Origin: Podarcis erhardii
Lineage: Eukaryota
Assembly: GCA_964252035.1 (NCBI GenBank)
Contig: OZ176200.1
Length of the DNA: 64,000 nt
Strand: one strand, 5' to 3'
The position numbers were made by a program, and so were the translations under genes. Positions 51,028-63,929 of this stretch are shown piece by piece. Position 1 is the first letter of the stretch; every line of letters begins with the position of its first letter. The notes under the pieces were generated by a model. It was not told where the DNA came from, made no database searches, and was given only the letters and a program-made list of their open reading frames with translations.

Positions 51028-53838
51028 AGAAGGGGGAAACCTCTGGACCAGTCTCTGAAGCACTACAGAAAATTCTGGATTGTTTTTCTTTAAAAAAAAA
51101 TGGAAAAAGACATAGAGTTGTTTCAACTAGTTGAATGTTATCATCTGAATTTGGTGTAAGGACTAGAGCTACACATTACCTTGAACACATGACTCACCAC
51201 TGCTAACAGCAAAAAGGTTTCAAATTCCACCCTCCTCCCCAATAATGTCTAGGACAACTTACCCCCATTTCTTAACATCATCAAAATCATTCAATCTTAA
51301 CGGTTTGTTAATATGTATTTTTAGGTAATATGTATTTTTTAGGGATCTCAAAACATTAGAGTTGTGCAAATATCCCACCTCCACCCCCACTGGACTTTCC
51401 TCCAACACAGGTGAGATTGGGGAAATTTGGCTGTTTCAGGTTGGGGTGGCAGTCAGTAGCACGACCAAGCTTGTTAAGGTCTTTGGTGAGGCAACCGCTC
51501 CACCTGCTATTAGTGAGGTTTCAGCCAGGTATCTACCCATGGACCTGATCAGCTCACTCTAGTTCTGGCCCATGGGTGATCAGCAAAGTGCCCAAGGGCA
51601 AACATGTGCTCTCATGTGCTTCACTGATGCTCACTGGGTCTCATCCCCTTTGCCCCACCTGATTTTGGAATTAGGCTTGAAACATTCTTTGCATCGCAAC
51701 CAGTAGAAGGTTCCCCCCCCCCCCCGCCAAGACTGATTGAAGTATCAGGGCTTTATTAGGGGGATTACAGCTGTGGTGAAAAGTATTACCCACTTTCCTT
51801 CCCAGCTGTGACTCCTTTCCAATGCCCCCTGTCACCACAATTAGGCTTCAGAGGAACCGTCCACTATGGCCAATGGAAGGATGGACTGGACCCAATGTTG
51901 CTGGACTCCTAATTCCCATCAGTCCAGACCACTGAATATGCTAGGAGGGGCTGGTGGGACTGGCAGTCCAATGACATCCAAAAGGACACAAGTTCTCCAC
52001 CCTTGCCATAGACAAGAAGGAATTGCAGGCAGGTAAGTGCTTGGAATACCATACAGGTGAGGGAGCAAGCTGGTGGAGGAAGGATGGAGCGCTCTGTCCC
52101 GCCTCTTGGCCAGCATAGTAGCAAATAGGCAGAAAGAGAAGAGAAACATCTTCAATCACATCGAAATACAGCAGGCTGTTGCAAGAGGATCAGAGTCCCC
52201 CACCCCTCCTCTTCCAGCCCCCAGCAGGCTAATAAATGTTCTGTGGGTTTTATTTACAAGGATGAGAGAAGGATAACACACAACTGGATTGATTCAACAT
52301 TGGGTGAAACAAGAAAAGAACTCTTGTTTGCCTTTAGTTGGCCCTTCATGCTTTAATGAAAAATCACCACAGAACAAACAGAATACCTTGAAACATCAAA
52401 AACAAACAAACCGTGGACCATGCACCTTGGAAGATATCTGAATTCTGTGGTAGGCACTGATAGCCTGAGTTATTAGCACTCTCCAATGCAAGTCCTTTGA
52501 GCAAAAACCATACCTTTATCTTTAATAGTACTGGAAAGTCTGACTACACTCTCATGCTCTCTCCCAGTGATGGGAAAGCCATGGCCTTCTTAATACTTCA
52601 GGACTCTAACTCCCATCAGCCCACGTCACCATGGTCATTGGGTCAGGGACGATGGGAGGAGTTTTCCTCTCCCCTTCAGTGAGCTTTTCTGCTTTTGCCT
52701 CATTTTCTAATCCTTGGGGTCTCCAAAGTTTGCTCTTCGTTTTTTCAGAGCAACTAGGGTGCATCCTTCCTGTGGTGGGTTCATCTGAGATCAGGTACCT
52801 ATGACAAGTTGTTTTCTGCAAATACAGTAAGTCTAGGAGGATACGAAAGAATCTCCACTTCTAATGGCGAATGCAAAATGTGAAAGCTTAGCAAATATTT
52901 TTAGGCATGTCTCCTGCTGTGTAGAAGTCCAGGCACTCATTAGGAATTCACTGTCATAAAATATATGCAAATCTGTGTGTATTTTGCACGTGCAGTGTAG
53001 AACCCAATCTACATGCAGAATACCGGGCTCAGAAAATCCTGCTGGCACTCTTGAACACAGTCTAGCCACGGGTTAAACTAAACTGTCCACCTGCATTCCA
53101 AAGAAGATACCCATCAAGATATGTCGTAATATAGCTGTTAAGGAAAACGGCTTTTAGGGACAATCTTATTTTACTCTGATCCATAAATCACTGAGGTCAT
53201 ACACAAGCAAGCGGCTCTCTTAGCTCTGTCACCCTGTTCCTGTTGCAAACGTTCCAGACAAATCAGTGAAGCTGCAGTAAGCAGGGTTAGGACTTAATAA
53301 CTTTGCCTTCAAGCGGCACCTAAAAATAGGATGGCTTGCTAGTTGTAACCTGGGGCTTCTTCTCCTAGCAGCCGCTGCTCCTCCCTAACTAATTATTGCT
53401 CTTAGATAGAAAATTGGGTGGGAGGGGGCAGGGGGGAGAGAAGCATGCAGCACACATCTGTTTTGTGCAGGGAGGTTAGCTCTTTTGTGGCAAAACAACA
53501 CTTCACAAAGGCAGGCTGCCGTTCCAGAAACTCAAAAGGGCTAATTCTGTATGGAAAAAGTTGCATGTTACAAAACAAATTCATTTTCTCTGGAATGCAG
53601 AAGAACAATATTCTTTAAAAGCTAGGTTTCACATAGTGCACATCCAGGCTTCAGCTTCCAAGATTTTTGATCCATCAGTGGGGCCCCAATTCTGGAAGCA
53701 GGGCAACTTTGTCAAGTTCACCTGTCCCACTGCAGCCCCAGAGTTGCTTCCCCACATGTTTCAGAGGGTCGTCCAACCCAGAGAAGATTTTTTGAAGGTG
53801 GAAGGATCTGAAGGATAAAAGGAAGCCAAAAGCTCGCG

Positions 53839-53854
53839 CACTCTCTCTCTCGTA

Positions 53855-53900
<46 letters not shown>
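53839..53900. repeat. Compound microsatellite (CT)n(CA)n
   Basis: Read directly. Confidence 0.93.
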
Positions 53901-53903
<3 letters not shown>

Positions 53904-55521
53904 GCTTCAACCTTCTGCTGGTAGGAACATCCCGTAAGCAGAACTAAAAAAATGTTTCTGTGATCTTTGTCATAAATGAAAGGGGGCTGGAACTTTCCAA
54001 ACTTAGTAATCAAATAAAATATTATTAAAAACAGGACTAAAAACAGAAAGAATTGATGTCCATTACCATGGCAGCTGTTATTCCAGCGATTAATAAATAA
54101 AACCAACTTATCTACTGATTTATCTGTTGATGCCCCTTCTTTAATTTCCACCCATATATACACATGCAAGCTATTAACTGCATTTTGCTAAATCAACAGA
54201 GCCAAGAGAGGGAACTTAGACTTTTCCACTTAACTGCAACACAAATTCTTTATTGTTGTATTTATTTATTTATACTTAACAGATGCCACAAACAAGTTGT
54301 CTGAGCACCATACAAATTCTTGTTGCTGTTCATCATGATGTCATATATTGTCATGGAGGGTTAAACCTTTTGGCTAACTGAACATTATTATTTTAGGATT
54401 CTAAGGCAGTTCGTACACCATATCTCTGAATTTCCTTTCAAAATTCTGTCAGCGGTAGAGGCATGCTAAATGATGGAAGGAGAGAGAATTAATACAGGGC
54501 AAGGAGAGAGGTGTGCCCAACATGCAGTGTGGATGTTGTGAAAAGGTCATTATCACAACATGCACACTGGATCTCCTCCAACAGAGTTCGTGAAGAAGCC
54601 AGGGCTACACATGGTACTCTAGTAAAGGCTAGTCTTTCTTCAGCCATAAATAAGGAATTAACTGGAGGACTTGAGAAGAAGGATCCCCCTTGAGGAACGA
54701 CAGTAGAAAGAAGGTATAGCTAAGCTACCTACCCAACCAGCTAGTTAGAACCAGGACATAAATTCAAAATACTACAGAATTTGTCTGTCTTCTACAACAG
54801 CTTTCCTCAAGGCCTGGTGGCCTTCACATATTCTTCAACTAGAACTCCCATCATCTCTGACCATTGACCATGCTGGCAGGGAATGATGGGAGCTGGAGTC
54901 CAACAACATCTCAAGGGCACTAGATTGGGGAAGGCTAGCCTAAAGAGAGGGGCTTTAAAATGTAGGGGTGACCACAAAATTCCCATGCTAGAACAGATCT
55001 GTCCATTATATTTGGGGGCTACAGGAACCCTTGAGTCAAGAACACATTCTTTTTCATTTGAGAAGCAGTTCTCTATCAAATACAAGTTTCAAAGGATAAA
55101 AAACTTCCATTTCTTACATTAAAAGTCACTTTCCACATTTCTATTTTGAATGTGGGTTACCATGGCAATCAGCAGAATCCTGCAATGATTTTTTTTTTTG
55201 TTTAGTTATAATTACTGCATAATTTGGGCTACCAGCTGAAGGCATATTATTTCTATCAGAAACACTCGGGAGCCAACATTATGGACCAGAGGCCGTAATT
55301 GCAAAGCATACAATTTCTTGGGCAAAACAAAAGGACGACAGCACAGCACACTTTGAAGTATGGTAATTTTGCTCTTTTATACTCTTTGCTTGCCTTGAAG
55401 CAGTTTAAGCAATGATATGTTTATGATACAAAAATGGGGACAGAAGGTGAGGACTGGGTGGAGGAGTGGGTGAGTGAGAGAAAAGTCAGATTAGTTTCAC
55501 CAGAAAATGCCTTATTATTTT

Positions 55522-55669
55522 AATTTAAGAAATGTGGATAAAGTAAGTAATTTGAAGGACTTGCAGGCGGGTGGAGGGAAGTCAACAAAGAGAAATTGGA
55601 GGTAAATAAGATGTTTTGATTGTATAATTTTTGTACTGGAAAATGAATAAAAATATTACGTAAAAAAAA
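55522..55669 (+). mobile_element. Extremely 5'-truncated L1 3' UTR insertion (148 bp)
   Basis: Perfect 20-bp TSD AGAAAATGCCTTATTATTTT (55502-55521 and 55670-55689). It has AATAAA plus poly(A) and resembles the 3' UTRs of the other two L1 copies. Confidence 0.85.
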
Positions 55670-55931
55670 AGAAAATGCCTTATTATTTTCAGCATCCCAT
55701 ACAAGGCCGGAAACCTTCCAGAAGAGCAATTTGAGCCCTATACATGTCCACACAGGGGCAAATCCCACTGAGTTCAGTGGTGATGAGTCCTAAGTAAGTG
55801 GGTTATAAGACTGCAACCTTTGCTAGCTATGGGACAGAGGAAGTAAAGCAAAATGGGCAGCCCTAAGGTTGGCCTGTTGCTTGGGTAAATGGATGAGAGG
55901 AGATGTAGGGCCTGGAATGGGATACAGAATT

Positions 55932-56080
55932 GAGAGCCAGTGTGGTGTAATATTAGTGATGGGCTAAGACTTGGGAAACTAGGGTTCAAATCTCTACTTC
56001 GCCATGAAGCTCACTGGGCGACTTTGGGCCAGACACTGCCACTCAGAGTAACCTACCTGTTGTGAGGAGAAAAGATGGAA
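55932..56080 (+). mobile_element. Squam3-like tRNA-derived SINE, degenerate
   Basis: GAGAGCCAGTGTGGTGTA head, GGGTTCAAATC B box and GGGCGACTTTGGGCCAG core. Confidence 0.7.
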
Positions 56081-57233
56081 AATAAATATAATAATATAAT
56101 AAGCAAAATAAATAAAACCTTTGGATGTGGTTTGCCATTGCTATTTACCGTATATCTTTGACTTTTCATGTATATGTTTGGGGAAAGGAAGGTGGAGAGT
56201 ATAACTCCCTTAACAATAAATTACGTTTAGATGTTTGCGGTCTTGACAGTGTATTATTTCCTCTGCTAAAGAGTACTGTTATGTACTTCCCAGTATCATT
56301 CTCAAGACAAATATCATTACACAACTGACACTTGTCGGCACATCACGGGCCTGTACTCTGGACAACATGTCTACCTAAAGGTTTTTTTGTTTAAAAAAGA
56401 AACTAAGACAGGTATAAATACACTGAATCCAAAAAATGAGACCAACTAATTAGAATTTCCAACTAAAACCTTGGTTGAGGTAAGTCTTTCCCCAGGTTTT
56501 ACCTTAGCAAACAACAACAGGACTAGTGAGTTAAATACAAGAAGGAAAGCTAGTTTTCCTGCAGCAGTTTACATACAGACAGTATTCTACGGAAATCCTA
56601 GCACTAGCATGGCAGAAGCTGTTAACTTTGTCCTATCTGTTTTACTCAAAGCTGAGTGATGCAGCTAGGTCAGATAAGGAGTGATCTCCTCTCTGAACAC
56701 ATCCACAATACAACGGCTCATATATATGGCTGACATCTTGGGTTGTGTCCAACTTGGGCTGCATTCAGACGTGGGGTTTATTGCTTTAGTTTTCCTGGTT
56801 ATAATACTAGCCCTTCTGTCCCAATTTCCATCATTCCTTTTACACTGCAGTACCTTCTGTGTTATGGAACTGCGGCTTTTTGATCAATATGCCACTACAT
56901 TGTACTAAAATTTAAAGGGTAGGAAAGAACGGTAGGCCAGGATACCCGCCCAAATTTTGCCGTGTCAAATTACAATGCAAAACCCCCAGGATTTTCTGAG
57001 TAAATGGTACTGCAAACAGATTCCCCCCACCCCCCAAAACAATTAACAATTAAATAACCTTCCGCTGGTTTCTGCTAGATTTCCCAAAGTGGTTTTTTAT
57101 GTTGCAGGAAATTACTGGGAAAGGAAACTTCAGGAAAATGGAATAAAGTGCTATCTGAATGCAGCCTATGAATGAATTTAAGTTAGTTGAGCCCATTAAT
57201 TTCCGTGGGTTTAACTCCGAATATGACTTAGTT

Positions 57234-57499
57234 CAGTGGTTCTCAAACTTTTTCCACTTGGGCACACTCTTAGAATAAAAGTTTGCTCGTGCCACACTGA
57301 TTTTTGTTGTTGTTTTTGATAAGAATTACACTGGAGAACAAAAAGAAACAACTCCTAGAAGTACTTGATTTTGAAAAGATCCATATTCTGTAAATAAAAA
57401 AAATATTTTGATAATATTTGTACTATACTATACTACACTGAAACGTTCAAATGTTTCTTTGTCCTTAAATCTTCCTGTTACACCCTTTGAGAAGCACTG
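57234..57499. mobile_element. hAT MITE, 266 bp
   Basis: TIRs CAGTGGTTCTCAAA...TTTGAGAAGCACTG and a perfect 8-bp TSD ACTTAGTT. Confidence 0.9.
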
Positions 57500-57691
57500 A
57501 CTTAGTTGAATTCACCCCATTCATTTTAGACCACTTTGCCATAGTTCTGCAACCACCAAGGAATTCTGGGAATTGTCCTCTGGAAAAACAGAGAATTCTG
57601 TTTTTTAAAAAACTCTACGCCGACCAAGACTGCCATGGGGAAGTTAATAATGGGGACTGCCTTGGTTTCTGCACTTTCGCATGAGTACCAG

Positions 57692-58558
57692 TGTGATGGC
57701 CTGGGATTCGGACTCAGAGGCTGAACCTGAGGAATCCCAGCCTGCACAGGAGTCCCCGCCTCCAGAACCAGCTGAGCCGGGGCTGGGGCCTGAGCCTGAA
57801 GGGTCCTCACCTGTGCTGGATCCTCAGGTGCAGGCACCAGCTGAATCTGCTCTGGCCCCTGAGGGGATGGAGGACCCATTGCCTGCAGGTGCTCCACTCT
57901 CAGCCCCGTCAGGGGAAGAGGAGGTTGCCTCTGGGTCCGGTAACCCTCCAGCCTCTCCTGAGCTGCAGAGGCTCAGGGCAGAGAAGAAGAAGAAGAAGAG
58001 TTTGGATTTGATATCCCGCCTTTCACTCCCTTTAAGGAGTCTCAAAGGGGCTAACATTCTCCTTTCCCTTCCTCCCCCACAACAAACACTCTGTAAGGTG
58101 AGTGGGGCTGAAAGACTTCAGAGAAGTGTGACTGGCCCAAGGTCACCCAGCAGCTGCATGTGGAGGAGCGGAGACGCGAACCAGGTTCCCCAGATAACGA
58201 GACTACTGCTCTTAACCACTACACCATACTGGCTCTCAAAGAGGCGGAGGGAACTAAGTTCCTGCAGGAGGAGTGCTCGCCTCCAGGCCAGGAGAGGCGA
58301 GTCACCTGTGGACTGGGGCTGCCTTATGCCTCGGGGCAGATAAAAGCCAGTCAGCCCCAGTCCCAGGTTGCGGGAGCAATGTTGTTGGTAGCCTGTTCCT
58401 GCCTGTACCCTGTCCTGCTCTTCTGCCAGAGTTCCTGATCCCACCCGACTCCCTGCCTTGGACCCAGCTACAGCTTTGATGGACAGCCTCCAGACGGCAC
58501 CATTGACCACGGACTGGACTCGGACCTCGCCTCTCAGTTAGCCCCCGGGACCAGCACA
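57692..58558. mobile_element. Probable GC-rich solo LTR interrupted by a SINE
   Basis: TG...CA ends (TGTGATGG...CCAGCACA), a TATA-like GATAAAAG and a sharp GC-content boundary. The TSD is not clean. Confidence 0.6.
57984..58237 (-). mobile_element. Squam3-type SINE, full length and young
   Basis: The minus strand reads GAGAGCCAGTATGGTGTAGTGGTTAAGAG (A box)...GGTTCGCGTC (B-box-like)...L2-like 3' end and a (CTT)n tail. Confidence 0.88.
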
Positions 58559-60607
58559 AGTAGCCACATTGCTTGATCATCCATGCTGCTTCCCAACTAC
58601 AGGGTGAGGCTCTCTGCTTCACTCCTATAGCACGGCAGGTGAGGAGGAGGTGAGGGGTTGATAAAGGTAAGTGGAGGCAAACAGAGTGATGCTGGTGACC
58701 AATGCACTCCCATCTTCCATTCTCATAACTGCAGTGCATACGGACTGTGGAGCCAGTTTGTCTGTGGGTAGATACTTGCCTTGAATAGGAGAGGCATAAC
58801 AAGGTCTGATCGAAGTGGCAAGGGAAGGTTCTCATTCATAACATTATCTTTCATTAAAACCCCAATTAAAATATTTACATGCACAAGTGAATAGCCAAGC
58901 TATGAGCTTTAAAAAGAAAAAGAAAAAGATGGGAGAAAGGGATAGACTGCTGAGCAAGCAGTAACGATGCCTTACGGGAAGCACAACGATCAGAGGGGGG
59001 GAGGGGGGGAGAGAAAGGGTTATGCAAAGTGGAGAGATATTTCACAATTAGTCCCGGTGCAGGCATTGTCCAAGGCAGACAGAGACCAAGATTTATGACC
59101 TCGTTTCAGCGACTGCGCTTTGCACATGAAATATTGAGAGACTTAACTCCCTTCCCAGAGGCAGCCCTGACCATATAAGTTGACTTTAGCTAAAAGATAA
59201 AACAGCGACTTTGGGAGAAGATTGAAAAGTGTAGCAAAACAACTACTAGGATGATGTTTTGAGCTCCAAATCCACGTTGCAGATCACTGATGTTCTACAC
59301 TAAATGAACCGAAAAGAAACCTTCCAAGCCACAGAACTTCATCTGATCATCTTGGCTGAGTATTGGGGTGGGGTGGGCTTAAGCCAGAAATACAAGGAAA
59401 GTTTGCCACAGCTTTGGAAGTTGGTGCTGAAGTCTAATCAGCTTAGCAAGGGAAAACATTTGAAAGCAAAGCCAAATGTCATAAGAGGGACTGCATTCAT
59501 GGATAACAGATGGCTAGGAATTTATATAGATATATCACATGCAGGGGTTGTGCTACAAAAGCTGGATGCTTTCGTGACTTGAAAGGGTGCAGAGTTTCCC
59601 ATATGGACTGGAAAAAATGCCACATGGGTTAAGCATCCCTATGCCAAATACACCACTTATTTGGGGCAGAAATTCCACATATTTGCTGTGCCTGCTCTCT
59701 GGTAAGCATGACAAGCACCCAACCTTCTTCTCAACTTTATAGTTGATGTGGATTATTTCCAGAGTTGTGTGGCCTTCTCATCCTGCTTTCCAGGTGGTGG
59801 TCACTCACCTACTGTGCTGCTGAGGTGCTTGGATCAGCTGCCCCTCACACCAACCTTTGCAGCTCCAAACCTAAAGCAAGGGAAGGGAGCAAGAGGGCAG
59901 TACTTGATCTCACATAGAGATGCAGTGAAAGGTCAGTGGCCAGGGAGGGAAAGGGTTCTGGTGACCTGCTCTGGTGACCACAGGGTGCCTTCAGGCCTAA
60001 ATCCTCTGTACCAGACCCTTCTTCTTTTCTACCTCATCTACTCAAACTGCTCAGGGCATTATTGGGTTGTGTGGTGCCTTTGGAGCTCGGGTTAATTTTG
60101 TGTGTGTCAAGCTTTGAATCACGGTCAGATTTGTTCTGGTTGAATGGAGAGTTTTCCTCACTTACAAACCCAAAGAATCCTGGGAACTGCAGTTCGTTAT
60201 GGGTGCTAAAAGTTGTTAGTAGACCCTCATAGAAATACAATTCCCAGAGTCACCTGCAGAAAGGAATTGACTGTTAAACCACTCTTTGAATTGTATAGTG
60301 CAGATCTGGCCTTTTATAAGCCTGACATACAACATCCCTAGAAGATCCTGGGTTCTCGTGAAAAATAAGGCATGATAGGGCTGCCATGCATGTTTCCATG
60401 TCATTGGTGTGTTAAAATGGAATGGAAATACCATTTTTAACAACAGAAGGAGTAGGTGGGAAAGCTGTTTGGAATCTTCCCCCTTCCCACTCCTTCCAGT
60501 CCATTGCTCTAAGCCAGGTTTCCTCAACCTCGGCCCTCCAGATGTTTTTGACCTACAACTCCCATGTTCCCTAGCTAGCAGGACCAATGGTCAGGGATGC
60601 TGGGAAT

Positions 60608-61410
60608 TGTTGGAATTCATGGTCTACGTGCAGCTTGGCAAGTTGGCAATTAGTGTCTCCACAGCCTAGGAAGACAGAGCATGAAAAGAATCTGCCTAGA
60701 GATAAGAGGACCCAGCAACAGCTCAGTGACTGGCTGAGGTCCCTCATATAGGCAGCATGACCTATGACACTGTTTTGCTGAGGAGTTGAGGAGCCAAGGT
60801 GTTGAAGAGTTGCTGAGAGTGATGAAGTCATGTTGTATATAGAAACTTGTGTATAGCTTGTATGTTTACTGCTGTATATAATAAACTTTTGAATTATGGT
60901 GCTGGAGCAGACTCTTGAGAGTCCCATGGACTGCAAGAAGATCAAAGCTATCCATTCTTAAGGAAATCAGCCCTGAGTGCTCACTGGAAGGACAGATCCT
61001 GAAGCTGAGGCTCCAGTACTTTGGCCACCTCATGAGAAGAGAAGACTCCCTGGAAAAGACCCTGATGTTGGGAAAGATGGAGGGCACAAGGAGAAGGGGA
61101 CGACAGAGGATGAGATGGTTGGACAGTGTTCTCGAAGCTACAAACATGCGTCTGACTAAACTGCGGGAGGCAGTGGAAGACAGGAGTGCCTGGCGTGCTC
61201 TGGTCCATGGGGTCACGAAGAGTCGGACACGACTAAACGATGACGAATAATAAACTACAAGAATCAAGTTACTAGTCAGTCAGCTTTGTTCCTGATCATC
61301 GTCCTGCCTGGGCAATCTCAAGAGCTGCCTAAGAAACACTGCAATACTCTGCTAAGCTGTGCAACAGGCGAAAGCACTTCAAAAGTCCACCGGCTTCAAA
61401 AGTTTTAACA
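60608..61410 (+). mobile_element. Solo LTR (~434 bp without its insert) nested in the MITE
   Basis: TGTT...AACA termini, 5-bp TSD GGAAT, TATA-like CATATAG and AATAAA on +. Confidence 0.85.
60888..61246 (+). mobile_element. Bov-B LINE 3' fragment nested in the LTR
   Basis: RVPWTARRSKLSILKEISPECSLEGQILKLRLQYFGHLMRR is near-identical to the 3' part of the 10061 copy; 10-bp TSD ATAATAAACT. Confidence 0.93.
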
Positions 61411-63929
61411 GGAATTGTAGTCTCAAAACATCTGGAGGGCCGAGGTTAAGAAAGCCTGCTCTGAGCACTTTTTCTCCCTTTTAGGCTCCAATATGAATTG
61501 AATGGACAGGGGGGAAAGGAACACTGTCATGTTTAGTTTGGCCCTCAGCTGCCAGTAGCCCACGCTTCTTCATTGCCAATATTTCAAGTTTCCGGTAAAT
61601 CTTGTGTTTTGGTGCCTACTTTTATTGAGGTTACTCTCCTTTCACACCAAAATATCCTCAATGCAGCTAACAATAAAAACAACCCCACCATAGATCATAA
61701 AACACAAAATACAAAAAAGACAGCAGTTAAAACATTAGTAATCAAATTAAGAGAACACTTTGTCTTGAGAGGGCCAAGCAGTTGGCAAATACTGTAGCCA
61801 ACTGCAAAACCCTTTCTTTCTTACTTCACAAGATCCCTGAAATTCAGAGTTTCAGGAAGAACGGCAAATGGACTCTCGCTGGCAAGGAAAACGTCTTTCC
61901 CATTCCTGTCCTTTCAATTTTTAGAAACCCAGTTTTGCCACTGGACATTGTCTTCAACTGGATAATTTAACAGAAAAAGTCACAAGAGCTTCTGTACTGA
62001 CAAACAGAAAGGCAAAACTATTTCTAGGAGAGGGAAGACAAATCATATATTCACTAATGAAATGGTTGCAAGCTGCTTCAAAGTAACAACTCCACCAAGT
62101 GGCTTTAAAACAGAACTGCAATAATTTCCCAGAACAAACTCACGTTTGCCGTATTTTCCTCAATATGAATGAACATAAAATAGCCTAGTTTCCCAAATGT
62201 GTCACTGAATGGCACAGTCTAAATCCTGCTGGCTGCAAAAGCTCTCTTTTTAAGCAGCATTTTAGAAAACCATTGTTTCAGGGAGGATCCTCTTGCAAAA
62301 ACCGCCAATTTTAAAATGATGTGGCATACAGGATAACTTAAGGGTTCATTTACTTAAACAAATAACTTATTTGTTAATCTCCTCCTTATGAAACTATTGC
62401 AATTCATCAACTTCCCCTGGAACAATTAACTGGAAGAAGAAGAAAACGGTGCCATTAACTATCTCACAAAATATGCCTGCCATATTACAGCAATAAAGCA
62501 CTTTTAGTATGCCATTATCTGCATTATTTACTTGCTGTGTCTGTGCAATCACACTTGAAATGTTGGGGAAAGTTCCATTTTACAGATGGGAGAACTGAGG
62601 CCGAAAAAGTTTAATTTGCCCAAAGAGTCAATAGCAGATGTGGAACCCTGAAGCAGTGGGTGCAATTCATTCCCTGGATCAGAATGACTCTCAGCCTTGA
62701 AGAGAGAAAAAAAAGTATTTTAAATAGCTAACACTCTTCTTAGAATGACTTTCTACAACTGCCAGCTGCACAGTTGGCAAAACTAGGGAAAAAATGGTAA
62801 AAGTATTACGCACACTTAATCTTCACTTCTGAAGCTACAGATCTCATTCATTTTCGGAAAGATCAATCTAGCCCTTCATCTTTCCCCAGCAGCTGAACTA
62901 TGCCGTTCTGAGGCTATTAAAAAGAAAAGAAACCAAAGCTTTGTGTTGACATCAAACCATTTCCAAATCATTGCTATAAAAGCAAAAATAAGTTTCCCTC
63001 CTACTCAGATGCAGTATGAGGAACATTCTATGAAAGGTTATAGTATAAATAGTACCCTCTCTTGTCAATCACAATTTTATGTGTCTTCCAGAGTTCAGCC
63101 ACACATCAGAGGCTGCTCCCATGTCTCCATGTATTCAGCACATTGACTCCTGATCCAAAACATCATCTCATGCTGCTATACGCCAGGAGGTATCTGTTTA
63201 CCTGCCCAATAGCAGTGGTGGAACTTGGGCGGGAGGGCTCAAATTTCAATGGCGCCCTATGTGACGCCAGCATTCTGTGTCCCCCATGCCTCTCATGCAA
63301 CCAAAACAGTTGCACTCTCCTAAATCCACCTCTGCCCATAGATAACTGACCACCAACCACCTTTTGTGGGGCAGGAGATGAAGGCCTGGATCCAGTCTCC
63401 CCAGTTTCCCAGACAAGTTATCAGCTTTGCTGAGCTTGACAGAGCTAGCCATAAGTTCAGGTTTGCTTATTCCAATGCAATCACAGCCATCAGAAGCCAT
63501 GCATGTAGCCTTGATGCAGGGATTCTGATGCAAGAGCCTTGCACACAACACCATTCTGCATTGTGTGCCTTCGTCATGACATTCATTGAACTGGCCAATT
63601 AAGGGGAACCTGTGGCTCCACAGATGTTGCTGTACTACAACTCCCATTATCCTTGATCATGGGCCATGCTGGCTGAGATTGTTGAGAACAGGAGTCCAAT
63701 GAGTTCTGGAGGACCACAGAACGTTCCAACGTTCCCTGATAGGCAAACACAAAATGCAAAATCTTGTGTGCTTGCAGAAAGTTTCCCAATGAAGTTTCCC
63801 ACAGAGACATGCCAGTGTGCCTGTGAGGCTCTCCAGTGCTCAGCTTGCTCTCTCTCTTGTTTTACTACTATTCCCACACTGCCCTTCCACCTCTGCCACC
63901 AGTCACCCTCAACTCAGTTGGTGTTTCCT

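Larger units (their letters stand above)
60515..61458. mobile_element. hAT MITE split by a nested LTR (halves 60515-60607 and 61411-61458)
   Basis: TIRs CAGGTTTCCTCAACCTCGG...CCGAGGTTAAGAAAGCCTG; 8-bp TSD CTCT(A/G)AGC. Confidence 0.88.

Noticed and set aside
53675-54169. 164-aa minus-strand ORF and similar ORFs spanning microsatellites
   Set aside because: They stay open because of dinucleotide repeats (CVCV/ERER runs), with no coding signal.
57681-58343. 220-aa Pro/Glu/Ala-rich ORF, the longest in the track
   Set aside because: Low-complexity read-through of an LTR-like element and a nested SINE; no recognisable domain or splice structure.
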